Assembly (NCBI GenBank): GCA_002269645.1
Contig: NIVC01000114.1
Span: 124,001 to 188,000 of the forward strand
Direction of reading: 5' to 3'
Length of the DNA: 64,000 bases
Origin: Macrostomum lignano
Lineage: Eukaryota
Shown here: positions 63,150-64,000 of the stretch, piece by piece
Layout of the letters: every line of letters begins with the position of its first letter
Position numbering within the stretch: position 1 is the first letter of the stretch
Made by a program: the position numbers and the translations under genes
Notes under the pieces: model-generated
Told to the model about the DNA's origin: nothing
The model's database searches: none
The model's input: the letters and a program-made list of their open reading frames with translations, nothing else

Positions 63150-63520
63150 TCCCAGATTTCCTGAGATTCTCCCAAACTTCTTGAGGCTCTCCGAGACTTC
63201 TTGAGACTCTCAAAGATTTCTTGAGATTCTCCCAGATTTCTTGAGATTCTCCCAGATTTCTTGAGATTCTCCCAGATTTCTTGAGATTCTCTTTGCATTT
63301 ATTGAGATTCTCCCAGATTTCTTGAAATTCTCAGAGATTTCGTGTGATTCTCCCAGACTTCTTGAAACTCTCAGATATTTATTGAGATTCTCCGTTTTTT
63401 TGAGATTCTTCGAGATTTCTTGAGATTCTCCCAGATTTATTGAGATTCTTCGAGATTTCTTGAGATTCTCCCAGATTTCTTGAGATTCTCCCAGATTTCT
63501 TGAGATTCTCTGAGACTTCC
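63150..63520. repeat. 20-bp minisatellite (gagattctcccagatttctt)
   Basis: The units are directly visible. Confidence 0.9.
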
Positions 63521-63769
63521 TGCGATTACTAACTGAGAACGCCCGAGATTCTAGCTCTGTGGCTTTCAAAAATTAGACTACCCAGCCGAGACGTAAGGAT
63601 TTACTATTGGATTCCACGAGATTCTTCGGGGCTTTTCCAAGATTCAGATTTTCTTGAGTTTTTTATTAAGATTCAGCGCCCCTCATGTAAAATGCGTTCA
63701 AGATTTTTATTGAAGGGCCTGCAACCCCTAATTTAGGGGCGCCAATATTTGACGGCATGGTTGGTGGGC

Positions 63770-64000
63770 GCCACTGTCTCCTGGTGGGCGCCCCTGTCTT
63801 TTAGTCTTGGTGGGCGTCCCTGTCTTTTGGTGGTCGCCCCGTCTGTTGGTGGGCACCTATGTCTTTTGGTGGTCGCCCTTGTCTTCCGGTAGACACCTCT
63901 GTCTCTTGGTGGGCACCCCTGTCTTTTGGTGATCGCCCTTGTCTTCCGGTAGACACCTCTGTCTCTTGGTGGGCACCCCTGTCTTTTGGTGGTCGCCCTT
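63770..64000. repeat. Degenerate repeat of the aagagacaggggcgcccacc family in inverted orientation (ggtgggcgcccctgtctt)
   Basis: It matches the reverse complement of the 61485-62465 unit. Confidence 0.8.

Overview
This is eukaryotic (animal) genomic DNA, not prokaryotic. It shows GT-AG introns, Gypsy LTR remnants, a LINE fragment and roughly 40% minisatellite by my manual tally. The style suggests a flatworm such as Macrostomum, but that is inference only. The left half (1-32 kb) holds a tandem duplication of a cGAS-like receptor (cGLR / Mab-21 nucleotidyltransferase) locus. Copy 1 looks intact at exons 842-1204 and 5800-7235, with a G-S motif, DxD and a third Asp. Copy 2 (26951-29480) has lost the third Asp through a frameshifting deletion and also carries a nonsense codon. 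A 3' relic of a third copy lies at about 29940. Both copies lack an in-frame ATG ahead of the conserved N-terminal helix. Both are preceded by a conserved 54-nt candidate micro-exon and a 50-bp array (about 4 vs about 75 units). Copy 2 sits directly behind an atypical Cys-rich ankyrin-repeat ORF whose tail is also homologous to sequence in front of copy 1. This ANK + cGLR unit, possibly a spliced ANK-cGLR fusion receptor, is the best candidate for an undescribed system. Between the copies lie an 8.7-kb transposon nest (including a Gypsy remnant bracketed by 88-bp inverted repeats), the first exon of an hnRNP/Musashi-type RRM gene and a clean solo LTR. The right half is mostly minisatellite arrays. 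It also contains a complete 3-exon divergent nuclear receptor gene (unusual P-box CSACMN), a 5'-truncated RNase H LINE and an unidentified terminal exon.
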